Positions 19,746 to 29,375 of a stretch of DNA of 64,000 nt are shown piece after piece (position 1 is the first letter of the stretch; the number at the start of each line of letters is the position of its first letter). Source of the DNA: an uncultured virus (IMG/VR IMGVR_UViG_3300042400_001601) (lineage: Duplodnaviria > Heunggongvirae > Uroviricota > Caudoviricetes). The notes under the pieces are model-generated. The model did not search any database. It was not told where the DNA came from and worked only from the letters and a program-made list of their open reading frames with translations. The DNA lies in IMG/VR virus record IMGVR_UViG_3300042400_001601; one strand, 5' to 3'. The translations under genes and the position numbers were made by a program.

Positions 19746-20570
19746 ATGTCAAAGTTTGCAAATACATTTCTTAAATCCCTTAACGAAGAAGCTGAAAAAC
19801 TTCATGGCGGACAAAAAAATATCGATGTAGCAGCTCCTAAAGGCAAAATTACAGGTGCAGATTTTGCGGCTCTTCGCAAAAAGAAAGGTCTAAAGAAAGA
19901 AGGCGGTGGCGGCGGTGGCGGTGGTGGTGGCGGCGGAGGCGGGGGTGGCGGTGGTGGTGGAGGTGGAGGTGGTGGCTCATGGGAAGAAAGTGGTCGTATG
20001 AAACGAGGATTAAAGAAAGAAGAAGCAGAAGGCAATGCATTCAGCAAAGCCGTACAAGACGCAAAAGCGGCTGGCAAAAAACCAGGAGATAAAATTAAAG
20101 TAGGGGATAAGGACGTAACTCTTCGCGAAAAAAATAAAATGGCGGATAAAAAGAAAAAAGCTATGAAGGAGAATTATGAAATGGAAGCGGCGCCAGCTCC
20201 TTCAGGTGGGGAAATGTCTGATGAAGAAGCGTATAAGCGTTCGCTAGACAAAGGCACTAACCCTAGAGACTTTGATGTAGCAGACAATCCTCAGCTTAAA
20301 GTGGACTCCTCAGGGGTTGACGCGGCGCGTAATTGGATTTCTAAATTAGAAGAAATGGCTGACTTTGTAAACGGTACTGGACCGGAAAGCCTTAACTCTC
20401 AAATCAATCAACTTGAAATTAAAAACTCAATACCGTTTCGCGGAGTTGTTCGTCGGGAAGAAAAACGTATTACTAAATTAGCAGAAAACCTCCGCGGTTT
20501 AGCAGAGGTCTTCAAATCAGTCGTAATTACTTCTGAAAAGAAAGTTAAAGACGCTTCTACCCCTCGTTAA
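19746..20570 (+). CDS. Hypothetical protein with 25-Gly tract, probable internal head protein
   Basis: Start set at ATG 19746 (TAAATA at 19732-19737); N-terminus MSKFANTFLKSLNEE. Confidence 0.65.
   Translation: MSKFANTFLKSLNEEAEKLHGGQKNIDVAAPKGKITGADFAALRKKKGLKKEGGGGGGGGGGGGGGGGGGGGGGGGGSWEESGRMKRGLKKEEAEGNAFSKAVQDAKAAGKKPGDKIKVGDKDVTLREKNKMADKKKKAMKENYEMEAAPAPSGGEMSDEEAYKRSLDKGTNPRDFDVADNPQLKVDSSGVDAARNWISKLEEMADFVNGTGPESLNSQINQLEIKNSIPFRGVVRREEKRITKLAENLRGLAEVFKSVVITSEKKVKDASTPR
19902..19976 (+). repeat. (GGN)25 poly-glycine microsatellite
   Basis: GGC/GGT/GGA/GGG codon run, very GC-rich against the AT-rich background. Confidence 0.9.
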
Positions 20571-21258
20571 CGTTTAATTCATTAATAGCTTTAAAGGTCT
20601 CAGGAAATAACCCTTCGAGGCCTTTTTTTATGTCTAGAGCTATTTCTCTATGCTCTTTTTGTGTGCCCTCCGCGCAACGAAGATCAAGATAGTGAATCCA
20701 GCTACGCAAAGTACCTGACATATAGATTCTTGTTTGGGTATTCAGAGGTAGTATGATTCTTGCACATTCTTTTGCAATACCTTTTTCAATTAATGCATTA
20801 TACGCAGCTAATGACGTTTCCTGCGCGACTTTAACAATTTCTTGAAGTTCAGGAGATAGTACAACAGGATCATCTCCTACCTGTCTGTTTGTTTTTCCTT
20901 GCATTCTCCACTCTGGCGCTTCAAGCCTTGTGGCTGTAGCATATCTCTGGCTAAACTCCTGAAACGTAAATGATCTATGGCGTAGAATTTGTGCAGCAAT
21001 AGCTCTAGACGTCCAAATCTCAAAAGTACAACTTACATGCTCAAAGGGGCTCCAATGCTTATGCTTAATAAGATAGCGAATAAGCTTATGACCGGTTTCG
21101 GTGTTCATCTGGTTAGCCGGATTACTTACCCGGGCTATATACACTATAAATTGCTCCGGAGTCATATTGAAATGGCCGTTACCGGGGTGAGGGTTCCTGA
21201 AACCTTCAGGAACCATAGGGACAAACGGCTGAGTGATTGCGATTAATTTTGTTTGCAT
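20557..21258 (-). CDS. thyX: Flavin-dependent thymidylate synthase
   Basis: HWSPFEH, QILRHRSFTFQEFSQRY, TQKEHR. Confidence 0.95.
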   Translation of the reverse strand: MQTKLIAITQPFVPMVPEGFRNPHPGNGHFNMTPEQFIVYIARVSNPANQMNTETGHKLIRYLIKHKHWSPFEHVSCTFEIWTSRAIAAQILRHRSFTFQEFSQRYATATRLEAPEWRMQGKTNRQVGDDPVVLSPELQEIVKVAQETSLAAYNALIEKGIAKECARIILPLNTQTRIYMSGTLRSWIHYLDLRCAEGTQKEHREIALDIKKGLEGLFPETFKAINELNVNEG

Positions 21259-22268
21259 TTGATTTGTGAAAATTTAATTAAACCTTTCATACCTGTATAC
21301 GTATGCTTAACTATTATATTCCAATCTAGTTCATCTTGCTTGGTGTGCACGCATAAATCGTTAATATCTTTAAACCTTTCGAGACCAGCTGGCCATAGAA
21401 AAACTTTTTCTCCTTTATCTAAAAGAGACTTAGTAACATCGTAAGAAGTGCTATCCACCCATTGATTATCAGGTACATATACTAAAGTGTGCATAGGGAA
21501 CAACGTTTGCAGACGCTCTACCTGGCCTTCAGTAGGGTTAATACCAGCCAAGGCTACACTATTGCGTAAAAACATGGCGTCAATAGGGCCTTCCTGTAAA
21601 AATATATACTCAATATCAGGTATAATCTTATCTATATTAAATATACCTTTATCTGAATTGGCTTTAGATAAATACTTAGCTCTATCCTCGTCTACCTTAT
21701 AAAGAGCGCGAGATTGATAAAATTCTATTTTAGCGCCTCCGTTGGGGCTGTAAAACGGAAACACGACTCTATTCTTGTGCGTGTAATCTGTTAAACTTAA
21801 CCACAAAGCTTTAGGACGATTAACAGCAGTATTGAGCCTTCTTTTGTTAATGAAATCTAAAGCGTCTTTGACTGTTACATTTGCGCTATAAAATGAAGTT
21901 TGATTATTATCAAATAAATTTATACTGTCATCGGGCAAACTCTTAGGGTTATATTTTTTGTATACAGAAGAGCGTTTAATAATATCTTCTATGGTGTCTG
22001 TCCGCAATTCGGACTCTGCAAGTATATCTTTTAAAGATAGACCTGTCTGTTCTTTTACAAAACTAAACCCGTCAGTACTAGCCCCGCAATTATGACAGTA
22101 AAGATGATCTTCTTCAGGTATATAAAAAAACCGTCTCTTTTTGCCAGTGCTTTTTCCTTCATGGCAGTACGGACACTCCCCGTTATATGTACCGGTAGTT
22201 TTTTTGAATACTGGACGTTTGCAGTATTGAAAAAAAGTATTGATAACTAAATTTTGAGATATTTGCAC
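21243..22268 (-). CDS. gp61: DNA primase
   Basis: CPYC...CHNC zinc finger; TOPRIM EGPIDAMF, PDN, KDIND. Confidence 0.92.
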   Translation of the reverse strand: MQISQNLVINTFFQYCKRPVFKKTTGTYNGECPYCHEGKSTGKKRRFFYIPEEDHLYCHNCGASTDGFSFVKEQTGLSLKDILAESELRTDTIEDIIKRSSVYKKYNPKSLPDDSINLFDNNQTSFYSANVTVKDALDFINKRRLNTAVNRPKALWLSLTDYTHKNRVVFPFYSPNGGAKIEFYQSRALYKVDEDRAKYLSKANSDKGIFNIDKIIPDIEYIFLQEGPIDAMFLRNSVALAGINPTEGQVERLQTLFPMHTLVYVPDNQWVDSTSYDVTKSLLDKGEKVFLWPAGLERFKDINDLCVHTKQDELDWNIIVKHTYTGMKGLIKFSQIKCKQN

Positions 22269-22287
22269 AGGTAAGTAACTATAGTAT

Positions 22288-22746
22288 ATGGCCTACCCTA
22301 AAAATAACAAGTACTTTCAGGGGCTATACACCCCAATAAATAAAGACAAATACAAAGGCAGTACAAATCCATCCTACAGGTCTTCATTAGAAAAAAACTT
22401 TTTCTTATATTTTGATAAAAATCCAAACGTAGTTGCTTGGGCCAGCGAATCAATAGTTATACCTTATTACAACGATGTAGATAAAAAAGTGCACAAATAT
22501 TATATAGATCTTATAGCTGCAATAAAGAACCCAAACGGGGAAGTACAAAAGTATTTAATTGAATTAAAACCATACGCACAGACCCAGCCACCTAAGCAGT
22601 CTAACAAAAAGAAAAGTAGTACAGTATTGTATGAAAACTTAATGTACCATCAAAATCAGTGCAAATGGAAAGCCGCGCACGAATACGCGGCTAAAAAAGG
22701 TATGAAATTTATTATACTAACCGAAAAATTTCTTACAATTCATTAG
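22288..22746 (+). CDS. gp4: Head completion nuclease, T4 gp4-like
   Basis: KYKG...YRSSLE, WASE, HKYYID, IELKP, NQCKWKAA. Confidence 0.9.
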   Translation: MAYPKNNKYFQGLYTPINKDKYKGSTNPSYRSSLEKNFFLYFDKNPNVVAWASESIVIPYYNDVDKKVHKYYIDLIAAIKNPNGEVQKYLIELKPYAQTQPPKQSNKKKSSTVLYENLMYHQNQCKWKAAHEYAAKKGMKFIILTEKFLTIH

Positions 22747-23275
22747 GATCAAATGTGCTGTCTAGATCCTCTTCGTCATCATAATCGCGACGCATCATAC
22801 GGTCATATTTGCTAGAAAGTTCATCTTTACCAAGCTTGTCAATATCAGACAAAGAAGGTTCTTCTGGCCCTAATTCTCCTGCGCCTGGCTCCATTGAGGT
22901 TTCTTGATCAACAATTGCTTTAACTACTGCTGGGTCAAGATTAAGAGGGGTCTCTTCAGTGCTATCGATTGCAATTGCATCAATAATTTCATCGACTGAC
23001 GCATCTGGGTTATGCGCGATATAGTCCGCGACAGCAAGACGGGTGCGTTCAGTAGCCGGATCTTTACTTAAAGTGCTGATTTCTGGCTCAGCAGACGGCT
23101 TGGAAATAGGGCCTGTAGCTCCAAGTCCAGCTTTCTTGTCTCGTTGCATTTTATAAAACTTATAATGTGGTACTCCAGGATTTTCTACTTTCCACTTTTG
23201 GAATTCTGGATTAGGCTTACGAGCTTCCGGCATGAAGTTCTCGTTAATTTGATTCGCGAGTTTGTCAAATTTCAT
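22733..23275 (-). CDS. Hypothetical protein, probable internal head protein
   Basis: N-terminus MKFDKLANQINE; acidic C-terminus. Confidence 0.6.
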   Translation of the reverse strand: MKFDKLANQINENFMPEARKPNPEFQKWKVENPGVPHYKFYKMQRDKKAGLGATGPISKPSAEPEISTLSKDPATERTRLAVADYIAHNPDASVDEIIDAIAIDSTEETPLNLDPAVVKAIVDQETSMEPGAGELGPEEPSLSDIDKLGKDELSSKYDRMMRRDYDDEEDLDSTFDPNEL

Positions 23276-23295
23276 AATAAGTATGTTATTACTTA

Positions 23296-24006
23296 TTACT
23301 TTTTGTGCAAGTTTTTATTGGATAATCCTAGTTGTTCTGAAAGAAAAGCTTGTTCATTAATGTCTTTAGTGATAAGGCTTTCGCTTTCCCCATAGAATTC
23401 ACACTTCTCATTAATATACATTTTTAACATAGCTATTCTTTCTAGCGGATTACCGTAGATCGGTATAATCGGCGGGCAGTCTTCATTATCGAAGAATTTA
23501 GAGCCGCCTTTTTGCCATGCTTTGTATAGCATTTCAAATAACACACCTATTTCCCCTCTATAAACCGGATCAATATCTCTATGCTCTTTAACAGTTAAAG
23601 TTACATCATTTTCTCTAACTAAAGGAAGATAAAATAAAACAGAATAAAATTTAAGCGCATGTCTAACCGTAATTACGCATTTGTCAATAAAAGCTTCATC
23701 AATATCCGAAGTTTGTTTATCGTATAACCATAAAGAGTAAACCAAATTATCTAGAGGGGTACGGTCGAAAATCATTTTTTTAGATCCAACATTACCCATA
23801 GCTTCGTCAACAAGAAAATTAAGTATCGCTTCCTGAGACTCTTTAGTACCGTGCTTATTAATCGGTAGATTCTTTTCTTTAATTAAATCTCTATAAGTCT
23901 TAGTAGGGCGCTGCAACTGAGGCCATTGTAAAGTCATATCCTCAATAAGAGTACTCTTACCCACACATTGTGTACCAATAACCCCTATCTTTTTTAATTT
24001 TGTCAT
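23296..24006 (-). CDS. P-loop nucleotide kinase-like (AAA_28/NadR-type)
   Basis: GTQCVGKST, FDRTPLDNLVY. Confidence 0.8.
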   Translation of the reverse strand: MTKLKKIGVIGTQCVGKSTLIEDMTLQWPQLQRPTKTYRDLIKEKNLPINKHGTKESQEAILNFLVDEAMGNVGSKKMIFDRTPLDNLVYSLWLYDKQTSDIDEAFIDKCVITVRHALKFYSVLFYLPLVRENDVTLTVKEHRDIDPVYRGEIGVLFEMLYKAWQKGGSKFFDNEDCPPIIPIYGNPLERIAMLKMYINEKCEFYGESESLITKDINEQAFLSEQLGLSNKNLHKK

Positions 24007-24230
24007 TCTAACGACTTAGGCTTTTCCGTATCATTATCAACGTAGTCTAAATGGGCATTTTCAGGTGGAAAATACCCAATACCTTTTGTAAAAAGCTCGA
24101 ACTGTTCGATAAGCTCGGTAAGATTTACATCTCCGCTTAAAACTATCTCAAGCTTGCGCGGTACACTACTACAACTTTCTAAAGTAGGGGATTGCTCAAC
24201 TTCGTATATAAATTTAATTACGGTTTTCAT
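24003..24230 (-). CDS. Hypothetical protein
   Basis: 75 aa; LIEQFELFTKGIGY. Confidence 0.65.
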   Translation of the reverse strand: MKTVIKFIYEVEQSPTLESCSSVPRKLEIVLSGDVNLTELIEQFELFTKGIGYFPPENAHLDYVDNDTEKPKSLE

Positions 24231-24389
24231 TTATATAATTTCTTCCGCTATACCAATAATTTCAGCCAAAATCAATAATAGCCCGCCAGCAACTATATTA
24301 CCCCCTATAAAAGCCGCCCCTGCAATAATACGCAGTATACTTTTAATAATACTAAGCTTAAAATGCCATTCTGGATTAGGTGCTTCCAT
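24231..24389 (-). CDS. Small membrane protein, 52 aa, not in ORF track
   Basis: Manual translation MEAPNPEWHFKLSIIKSILRIIAGAAFIGGNIVAGGLLLILAEIIGIAEEII; fills the gap between neighbours. Confidence 0.75.
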   Translation of the reverse strand: MEAPNPEWHFKLSIIKSILRIIAGAAFIGGNIVAGGLLLILAEIIGIAEEII

Positions 24390-24393
24390 AATT

Positions 24394-25197
24394 TTATACC
24401 TTTAAGGCTTTGTCCCAGATTTGCAAATGCATACGATTGCTAAATTTGAAACAATACTTCTTGCATATCTCAGCTACCACCGGACCGACTTTAAGTAGTT
24501 CCTCTCGAGAGCCGCACATAGGCATAATCCAGACTAACTCGCTAGGTACCGCAACATCAGGATTGTTTACGTACTTTTCTAGTACTTCAGTAAGATCAGA
24601 TTCTTGCTTAGCAACAAATTTAAAGCACGCTCTCTTATCAACAAGATTACGAAGTACATCTGGTTTAAAACGCTTTTCTTCAGGGTCTCCGTTACTAGAG
24701 AGTTTAGGGGACGTGGTATAGGATACAACGCAACCTAGTTGATGCCACATTTCATCTGGCATGATAGTACCATTAGTTTCAAAGTCAATTTTAAGTACCG
24801 GCTCTTGAGGCTCTGCAGCCATAAAGTCGAATTCGTTTTCTAAGTTAAAAAAACCCCAGCGGTCTATAATGAATCTAACAAACTCAATAAGATTCTTTTG
24901 TTGAATAAAAGGCTCTCCACCGGTAAGCTTGAGAATAGCGCCCTGCTTAAGCATCTCATGATAGTCATGCTTTTCAAAAAGCTGGGCTATTTCTTCAAAA
25001 GTCATTCTGTTCTTTTTAGACCAGCTTACATAACTATCACAACCGAAAGGAGCATCCTCACTCTTAAACCCAATACAAGTGAGGTTGCACATAGATAGTC
25101 TCATAAACACAGAAGGATAACCGATGTATCGGCCTTCCCCCTCGAGAGTATAAAAGACAAAATCGTCAGAAAGAAAAAGAGTTTTATCAGCGCTCAT
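24394..25197 (-). CDS. queE: 7-carboxy-7-deazaguanine synthase (radical SAM)
   Basis: TLEGEG, CNLTC...GCDS, LTGGEP, ETNG, SPKL, RMHLQIW. Confidence 0.92.
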   Translation of the reverse strand: MSADKTLFLSDDFVFYTLEGEGRYIGYPSVFMRLSMCNLTCIGFKSEDAPFGCDSYVSWSKKNRMTFEEIAQLFEKHDYHEMLKQGAILKLTGGEPFIQQKNLIEFVRFIIDRWGFFNLENEFDFMAAEPQEPVLKIDFETNGTIMPDEMWHQLGCVVSYTTSPKLSSNGDPEEKRFKPDVLRNLVDKRACFKFVAKQESDLTEVLEKYVNNPDVAVPSELVWIMPMCGSREELLKVGPVVAEICKKYCFKFSNRMHLQIWDKALKV

Positions 25198-25199
25198 AG

Positions 25200-25652
25200 T
25201 TAAATATTAAAGTACTTTTGATAAATTGCACTGTTTTGTTCGTGCTCCCAAACTTCTACTTTTTCACACCAGCAACGATTATCAGTCATATTTCTGACAT
25301 AAGAATCAGCAAGATCGCAGCAAAGCTCAGCAAACTTCTCTATGCCTACCCCGCCATGAAGCACAACTAGTTCAATCATTCCCTTACTCTCAAGTAGGTA
25401 AAAAGTTTCAAGATCAGGATCTTTACCCCATACTACGGTTTTATGATCAAATGTATTTTCAAGATCTCTCTTTAGTTCCTTTAGACCACCAAAATCAACT
25501 ACCCAGTTGTTTTGATCTAGTTCATTGCATACAAACCAAAATTTAGCCTGTAGCCGATAACCGTGAATATATTTGCAATGGCTTTTCGCATGAGGTTGGC
25601 GGAATGCACATGAACCTAGAGGAATTACTTTAGTGGAATAAAATTTGCCCAT
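25200..25652 (-). CDS. queD: 6-carboxy-5,6,7,8-tetrahydropterin synthase
   Basis: HCKYIHGY, WVVDFGGLK, FDH, VWEHEQNSA. Confidence 0.92.
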   Translation of the reverse strand: MGKFYSTKVIPLGSCAFRQPHAKSHCKYIHGYRLQAKFWFVCNELDQNNWVVDFGGLKELKRDLENTFDHKTVVWGKDPDLETFYLLESKGMIELVVLHGGVGIEKFAELCCDLADSYVRNMTDNRCWCEKVEVWEHEQNSAIYQKYFNI

Positions 25653-25690
25653 ACTTATAATAGTATAAAATTAATCTTTAATTTCAACTA

Positions 25691-26044
25691 TTAAAGTAAG
25701 TTATCTATGTTTTTTTCTATCCACAATTCTAAGCTTCGCTCTTCAATATCCGCCGGGCTGCATAAAAATGCATTACTATCTTCTGGATTAAAAAAAATAC
25801 TTTTTTGTAAAGACTTCTTTTCAATAAGCTCATCAAAACTTATATAAATGCGCGCTCTTTTATCTTTTATAACTGTATTGCCTGCGAGTATAACGTATAC
25901 AGAAGGTATTTCTTTAAATTCGTTAATTAACGAGTTATTAGCTAAAAAATCTATAAATTCGTCTTTTTTAGAAGAATCTTTAAAATAAAAAAACAAAGGC
26001 ACGTCATCACTACTATATATTTTGTTGCGGTATTTAACCTTCAC
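25691..26044 (-). CDS. Hypothetical protein
   Basis: 117 aa ORF. Confidence 0.6.
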   Translation of the reverse strand: MKVKYRNKIYSSDDVPLFFYFKDSSKKDEFIDFLANNSLINEFKEIPSVYVILAGNTVIKDKRARIYISFDELIEKKSLQKSIFFNPEDSNAFLCSPADIEERSLELWIEKNIDNLL

Positions 26045-26069
26045 TAGTAATTACTTATAAATATATAAT

Positions 26070-26699
26070 ATGAGACACGGAATTAATAAGAAAATAACTT
26101 TAAATAATGAAGTAGGGCCAATTACCGTGAATATTCCGCCTCCCATACCGGCTCAAGTTCAGACAGTAGAACCTCGAAACACTGCCCTAAGAGGTTCTTT
26201 TAAGGATTTTTATCATAGCGATATCAAATCCTTTGCTCCTACAGGAAGCTCTTTCGTAGAAAGAGCGGCTAACTATATAAAGCGTAATGAAGGAGTAAAG
26301 AATAAAATGTACCGGGATAAGGGGTTTTGGTCTATAGGTATAGGGCATTTAATAACCCCTCAAGAATATAATTTTTATAAAAATAGAATTCTAAGTGACA
26401 AAGAAATTTTAGATTTGTTTAATAAAGATTTGAACAAAAAAATACAATTAGCTAAAAGTCATTTTGGAGCAAAATTTGATTCTTTTTCAGAGAATTTAAA
26501 AATTGCGATTATTGACGGATATTTTAGAGGGGACCTTTCCGGTTCGCCTCGCGCAAGAGAGTTATTACGAAGAGGGAACTACCAAGCAGCTGCAAAAGAA
26601 TATTTGAATAATAAGGAATATAAAGACGCGTTAGCCTCGGGTTCAGGAGTTGCAAAACGTATGCAACGTAATGCTGAAATAATGGCTAGAGAAAATTAA
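26070..26699 (+). CDS. T4-type lysozyme (GH24) with N-terminal extension
   Basis: NEG...YRD..G.WSIGIGHL catalytic region; TATAAATA at 26056-26063. Confidence 0.85.
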   Translation: MRHGINKKITLNNEVGPITVNIPPPIPAQVQTVEPRNTALRGSFKDFYHSDIKSFAPTGSSFVERAANYIKRNEGVKNKMYRDKGFWSIGIGHLITPQEYNFYKNRILSDKEILDLFNKDLNKKIQLAKSHFGAKFDSFSENLKIAIIDGYFRGDLSGSPRARELLRRGNYQAAAKEYLNNKEYKDALASGSGVAKRMQRNAEIMAREN

Positions 26700-27085
26700 T
26701 CTATTTTAGCAGGATTAAGCCTGTTAATAATACTAGCTAGTTTCTTTTCTATTTCAGAAGCATTTTCAATAGTCACTTCATCATCAGCAAACACCCCCAT
26801 ATCAGAATCATCCATAGACTTAGGATCGATTTCTAAGGCTCTTCTAATTAAGTCTACTAAAAACGCCCGACCTGGAGAAGATAACGGCTTAGGTTTTTGC
26901 TCTTTCTCCGGGTCAGGTATATCTGCTGGCATAGGAGCAGGAGCCGGTGCTGCGGGAGGCGCCATGGGAGGCTGGCCCTGAGGGCCACCGGTTTGATCTA
27001 ACCCTGGCGGTGGAGCTGGTGGGGCAGGCTGCTCAGTGAGCAGATCGGTAAATACTCTGTTAACTATAGAATCAAATTTTTTCAT
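26696..27085 (-). CDS. Pro-rich hypothetical protein, probable internal head protein
   Basis: N-terminus MKKFDSIVNRVFTDLLTE. Confidence 0.65.
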   Translation of the reverse strand: MKKFDSIVNRVFTDLLTEQPAPPAPPPGLDQTGGPQGQPPMAPPAAPAPAPMPADIPDPEKEQKPKPLSSPGRAFLVDLIRRALEIDPKSMDDSDMGVFADDEVTIENASEIEKKLASIINRLNPAKID

Positions 27086-27087
27086 TA

Positions 27088-27462
27088 TTAAAGGGTACCA
27101 CCTAAAGGTGAACTAGCACTTGATGTACTCGCGCCTTTTATTGTCGCTTGAAGAGCTTTAATTCTATCATTCATCATCTTTTGTTGAGCTGGAAAATCAT
27201 TCGCAGCTTTTTGTAATGCAGCTAACTCAGCTTGAGCAGCTTTAGCTTGAGCCTCTTTAGCTTTTTTAGCAGCGGCTTGCTGCATGGCTACTACCTTAGG
27301 ATCAACACCCCCTGTAGCTGCTCCTGGTTGAGGTGTTACCGGTAAAGTGCCTGGATTAGCGCCAGCTGGAGTAGATGTAGTTGGTTGCCCGCCCATATTA
27401 TATTCTTCCAACATCTTAAAAAATTTACTCTTGGCTTTAACTTTTTGATAAATCTTATCCAT
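27088..27462 (-). CDS. Ala/Gln-rich hypothetical protein
   Basis: 124 aa; TAAGTA/TAAATA upstream. Confidence 0.65.
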   Translation of the reverse strand: MDKIYQKVKAKSKFFKMLEEYNMGGQPTTSTPAGANPGTLPVTPQPGAATGGVDPKVVAMQQAAAKKAKEAQAKAAQAELAALQKAANDFPAQQKMMNDRIKALQATIKGASTSSASSPLGGTL

Positions 27463-27506
27463 ATTTATTATACTTACTAGTTTCTAACTATTTTGTAAAC
27501 TCTTAG

Positions 27507-27535
27507 TTGATTTTTTTGTATATGATTTTTATAAT
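27507..27535 (+). promoter_or_regulatory. Sigma70-type promoter firing into an ORF-less region (candidate origin promoter)
   Basis: TTGATT (27507-27512)-N17-TATAAT (27530-27535). Confidence 0.6.
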
Positions 27536-27678
27536 CTCTTAGGGGGAGAAAGGAGAGGCTTGTTTACATGGTAATGTAAACGTTTGTATTGTATAAGGTT
27601 CTTTTTGTAGGTAACTTTTTTAAGGCTCACTTCGTTCGCCTTATATACCATATATAATATATATCTCAAGTGGATTTT

Positions 27679-28161
27679 TTAATTAAATGGCTGGATTTTA
27701 TACTTGTCGTGGAATGCAGCCGCCTTTTGTCTGGTGTATTTGCTATAATCAAAATTAAATCTAGTTGTCTTAACCCCTTCTATGATTTCTTTTGACTCTC
27801 CTTTATCGGAGTCAATCCAAACAAAATCTATATTGCCGTAATGTACTATAAACGGGAAATGTTTAGTAATAATGCTTAGATATGGATTCTCTTTAGCATT
27901 GTTGACATAAAAAACAATATTTCTATTATTACCGTTTTCCTTTAAAACATTAAACATGTATTTTGTATAATGATAAAGACGTAGCCGGTCTTTTTCTTTA
28001 TCTTTTAATGTTTCTTCCAATATACCCCAGTCGTTTAATTGCTGGTAGTAATCTTTACTAGCGTTTTCTTCTATCCAAGTAAAATCAATTATTAGAAGAT
28101 TCAGAGCTGTTCTGTAAAAACGCATCACAGTACAGTTTATAGTTATCTTGATTAAGAGCAA
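27679..28161 (-). CDS. Hypothetical protein (start uncertain)
   Basis: ORF overlapping the end of the resolvase gene. Confidence 0.55.
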   Translation of the reverse strand: MLLIKITINCTVMRFYRTALNLLIIDFTWIEENASKDYYQQLNDWGILEETLKDKEKDRLRLYHYTKYMFNVLKENGNNRNIVFYVNNAKENPYLSIITKHFPFIVHYGNIDFVWIDSDKGESKEIIEGVKTTRFNFDYSKYTRQKAAAFHDKYKIQPFN

Positions 28162-28663
28162 CTATAGCTTCTTTGTTCTTTTCAAAAAAGCCTTCCATCT
28201 TAACTATAATATAACAACCCATAGCTGCACTATCCTTTTTAGTGACCCAATAATTTAAATAGCTACCTTCAACTATTAATTTATCTTTAATACTAGAAGG
28301 AAATACTACAAAACCACCTTTACGGTTAATTTTAAATAAAACAAAAGGAATTTTACCAACTACAGATGCTTGCTCAATCCATCCATCGAGTTGTTGGTTG
28401 TTAATAAGTAAACTTTCAAAATTAAAATCTTTATAAAATTTACCTTCAAGAGTTATATGAGATAAAAATCGGGGCAGGATAATGTCTCCTGAAGCTAGTA
28501 ACAGCTGCTCAGGGGTTAGATTTGCAATGCGGTTAGCATTAAACCCACCTACAAACGCGCCACTATTGGGTACTCTTTGAAAATTTACCTTGTATATTGC
28601 AGTAAGATGTTTTGCAATTTCTCGCTCCCAGCTCTTACCTTTATTCTTACTTGCATTAGCCAT
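28085..28663 (-). CDS. Holliday junction resolvase-like PD-(D/E)XK nuclease
   Basis: SKNKGKSWERE, RVPNSGA, GDI, EGK. Confidence 0.8.
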   Translation of the reverse strand: MANASKNKGKSWEREIAKHLTAIYKVNFQRVPNSGAFVGGFNANRIANLTPEQLLLASGDIILPRFLSHITLEGKFYKDFNFESLLINNQQLDGWIEQASVVGKIPFVLFKINRKGGFVVFPSSIKDKLIVEGSYLNYWVTKKDSAAMGCYIIVKMEGFFEKNKEAIVALNQDNYKLYCDAFLQNSSESSNN

Positions 28664-28676
28664 TTCTGACTACTTA

Positions 28677-28937
28677 TTACATCCCGGGAAAACTTCTACG
28701 TATCATCTTACCCTTTTTAAATCCCGGGGGTTTAAATTTAGACTTTTTACCTTTTTTAGCTTTCCCGCCAAATATATTACGAGCATCTTCTGGGGCATAA
28801 AAACCGCCACTCTTACCTATTTGAGTTGGATGAGCTTGACCGGAGCCAAAGGCTGTAGTCGTTGTATTACCTGCGGCACCTGCATCAGCTCCAACATCTT
28901 CTAAAATTTGTTCCATTCTTTTATTGAATTTTTTCAT
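28677..28937 (-). CDS. Small basic protein, probable internal head protein
   Basis: N-terminus MKKFNKRMEQILE; YAPEDAR; basic tail. Confidence 0.65.
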   Translation of the reverse strand: MKKFNKRMEQILEDVGADAGAAGNTTTTAFGSGQAHPTQIGKSGGFYAPEDARNIFGGKAKKGKKSKFKPPGFKKGKMIRRSFPGM

Positions 28938-28973
28938 GTTGATTATTGTATAATATACTTTATACTTAGTAAT

Positions 28974-29375
28974 ATGGAATCATTGGTTTTAGATAATCTT
29001 TTTGATATATATCAGAAAGAAATAGCTGAGGACATTAAAGTCGATGAGTTGTCTTTGAAAGACAAAGCAATGCTAGTCCCTACCATAAAACATAAGTGGG
29101 TAGGTCGGTTAATGAACCACAAAATGCAGCTTAAAAAACTTAATGATACAAAAAAGAAAGCTGTAAAAAACATGATCAGTAAATCGCCTATACCGCTTTC
29201 AAAGACCACATTAGAACAAGCTGCATCAAATGACGAAAACATAATTAAAATACAGGAAAGTATCGATAAACTCGAAACTATTATAGAGTATTTAGAAAAA
29301 GTTGAAAAACTCACAAGTTCTTTAACTTGGGATTGTAAAAATCTTATAGATCTTCAAAAACTTGAGACAACGTAA
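28974..29375 (+). CDS. uvsY: Recombination mediator UvsY-like
   Basis: Helical protein directly upstream of uvsW; C-terminal WDCKNLIDLQKLE; start set at 28974. Confidence 0.75.
   Translation: MESLVLDNLFDIYQKEIAEDIKVDELSLKDKAMLVPTIKHKWVGRLMNHKMQLKKLNDTKKKAVKNMISKSPIPLSKTTLEQAASNDENIIKIQESIDKLETIIEYLEKVEKLTSSLTWDCKNLIDLQKLETT

Noticed and set aside
19802..20077. Poly-Pro and His/Arg-rich minus-strand ORFs
   Set aside because: Antisense shadows of the poly-Gly tract
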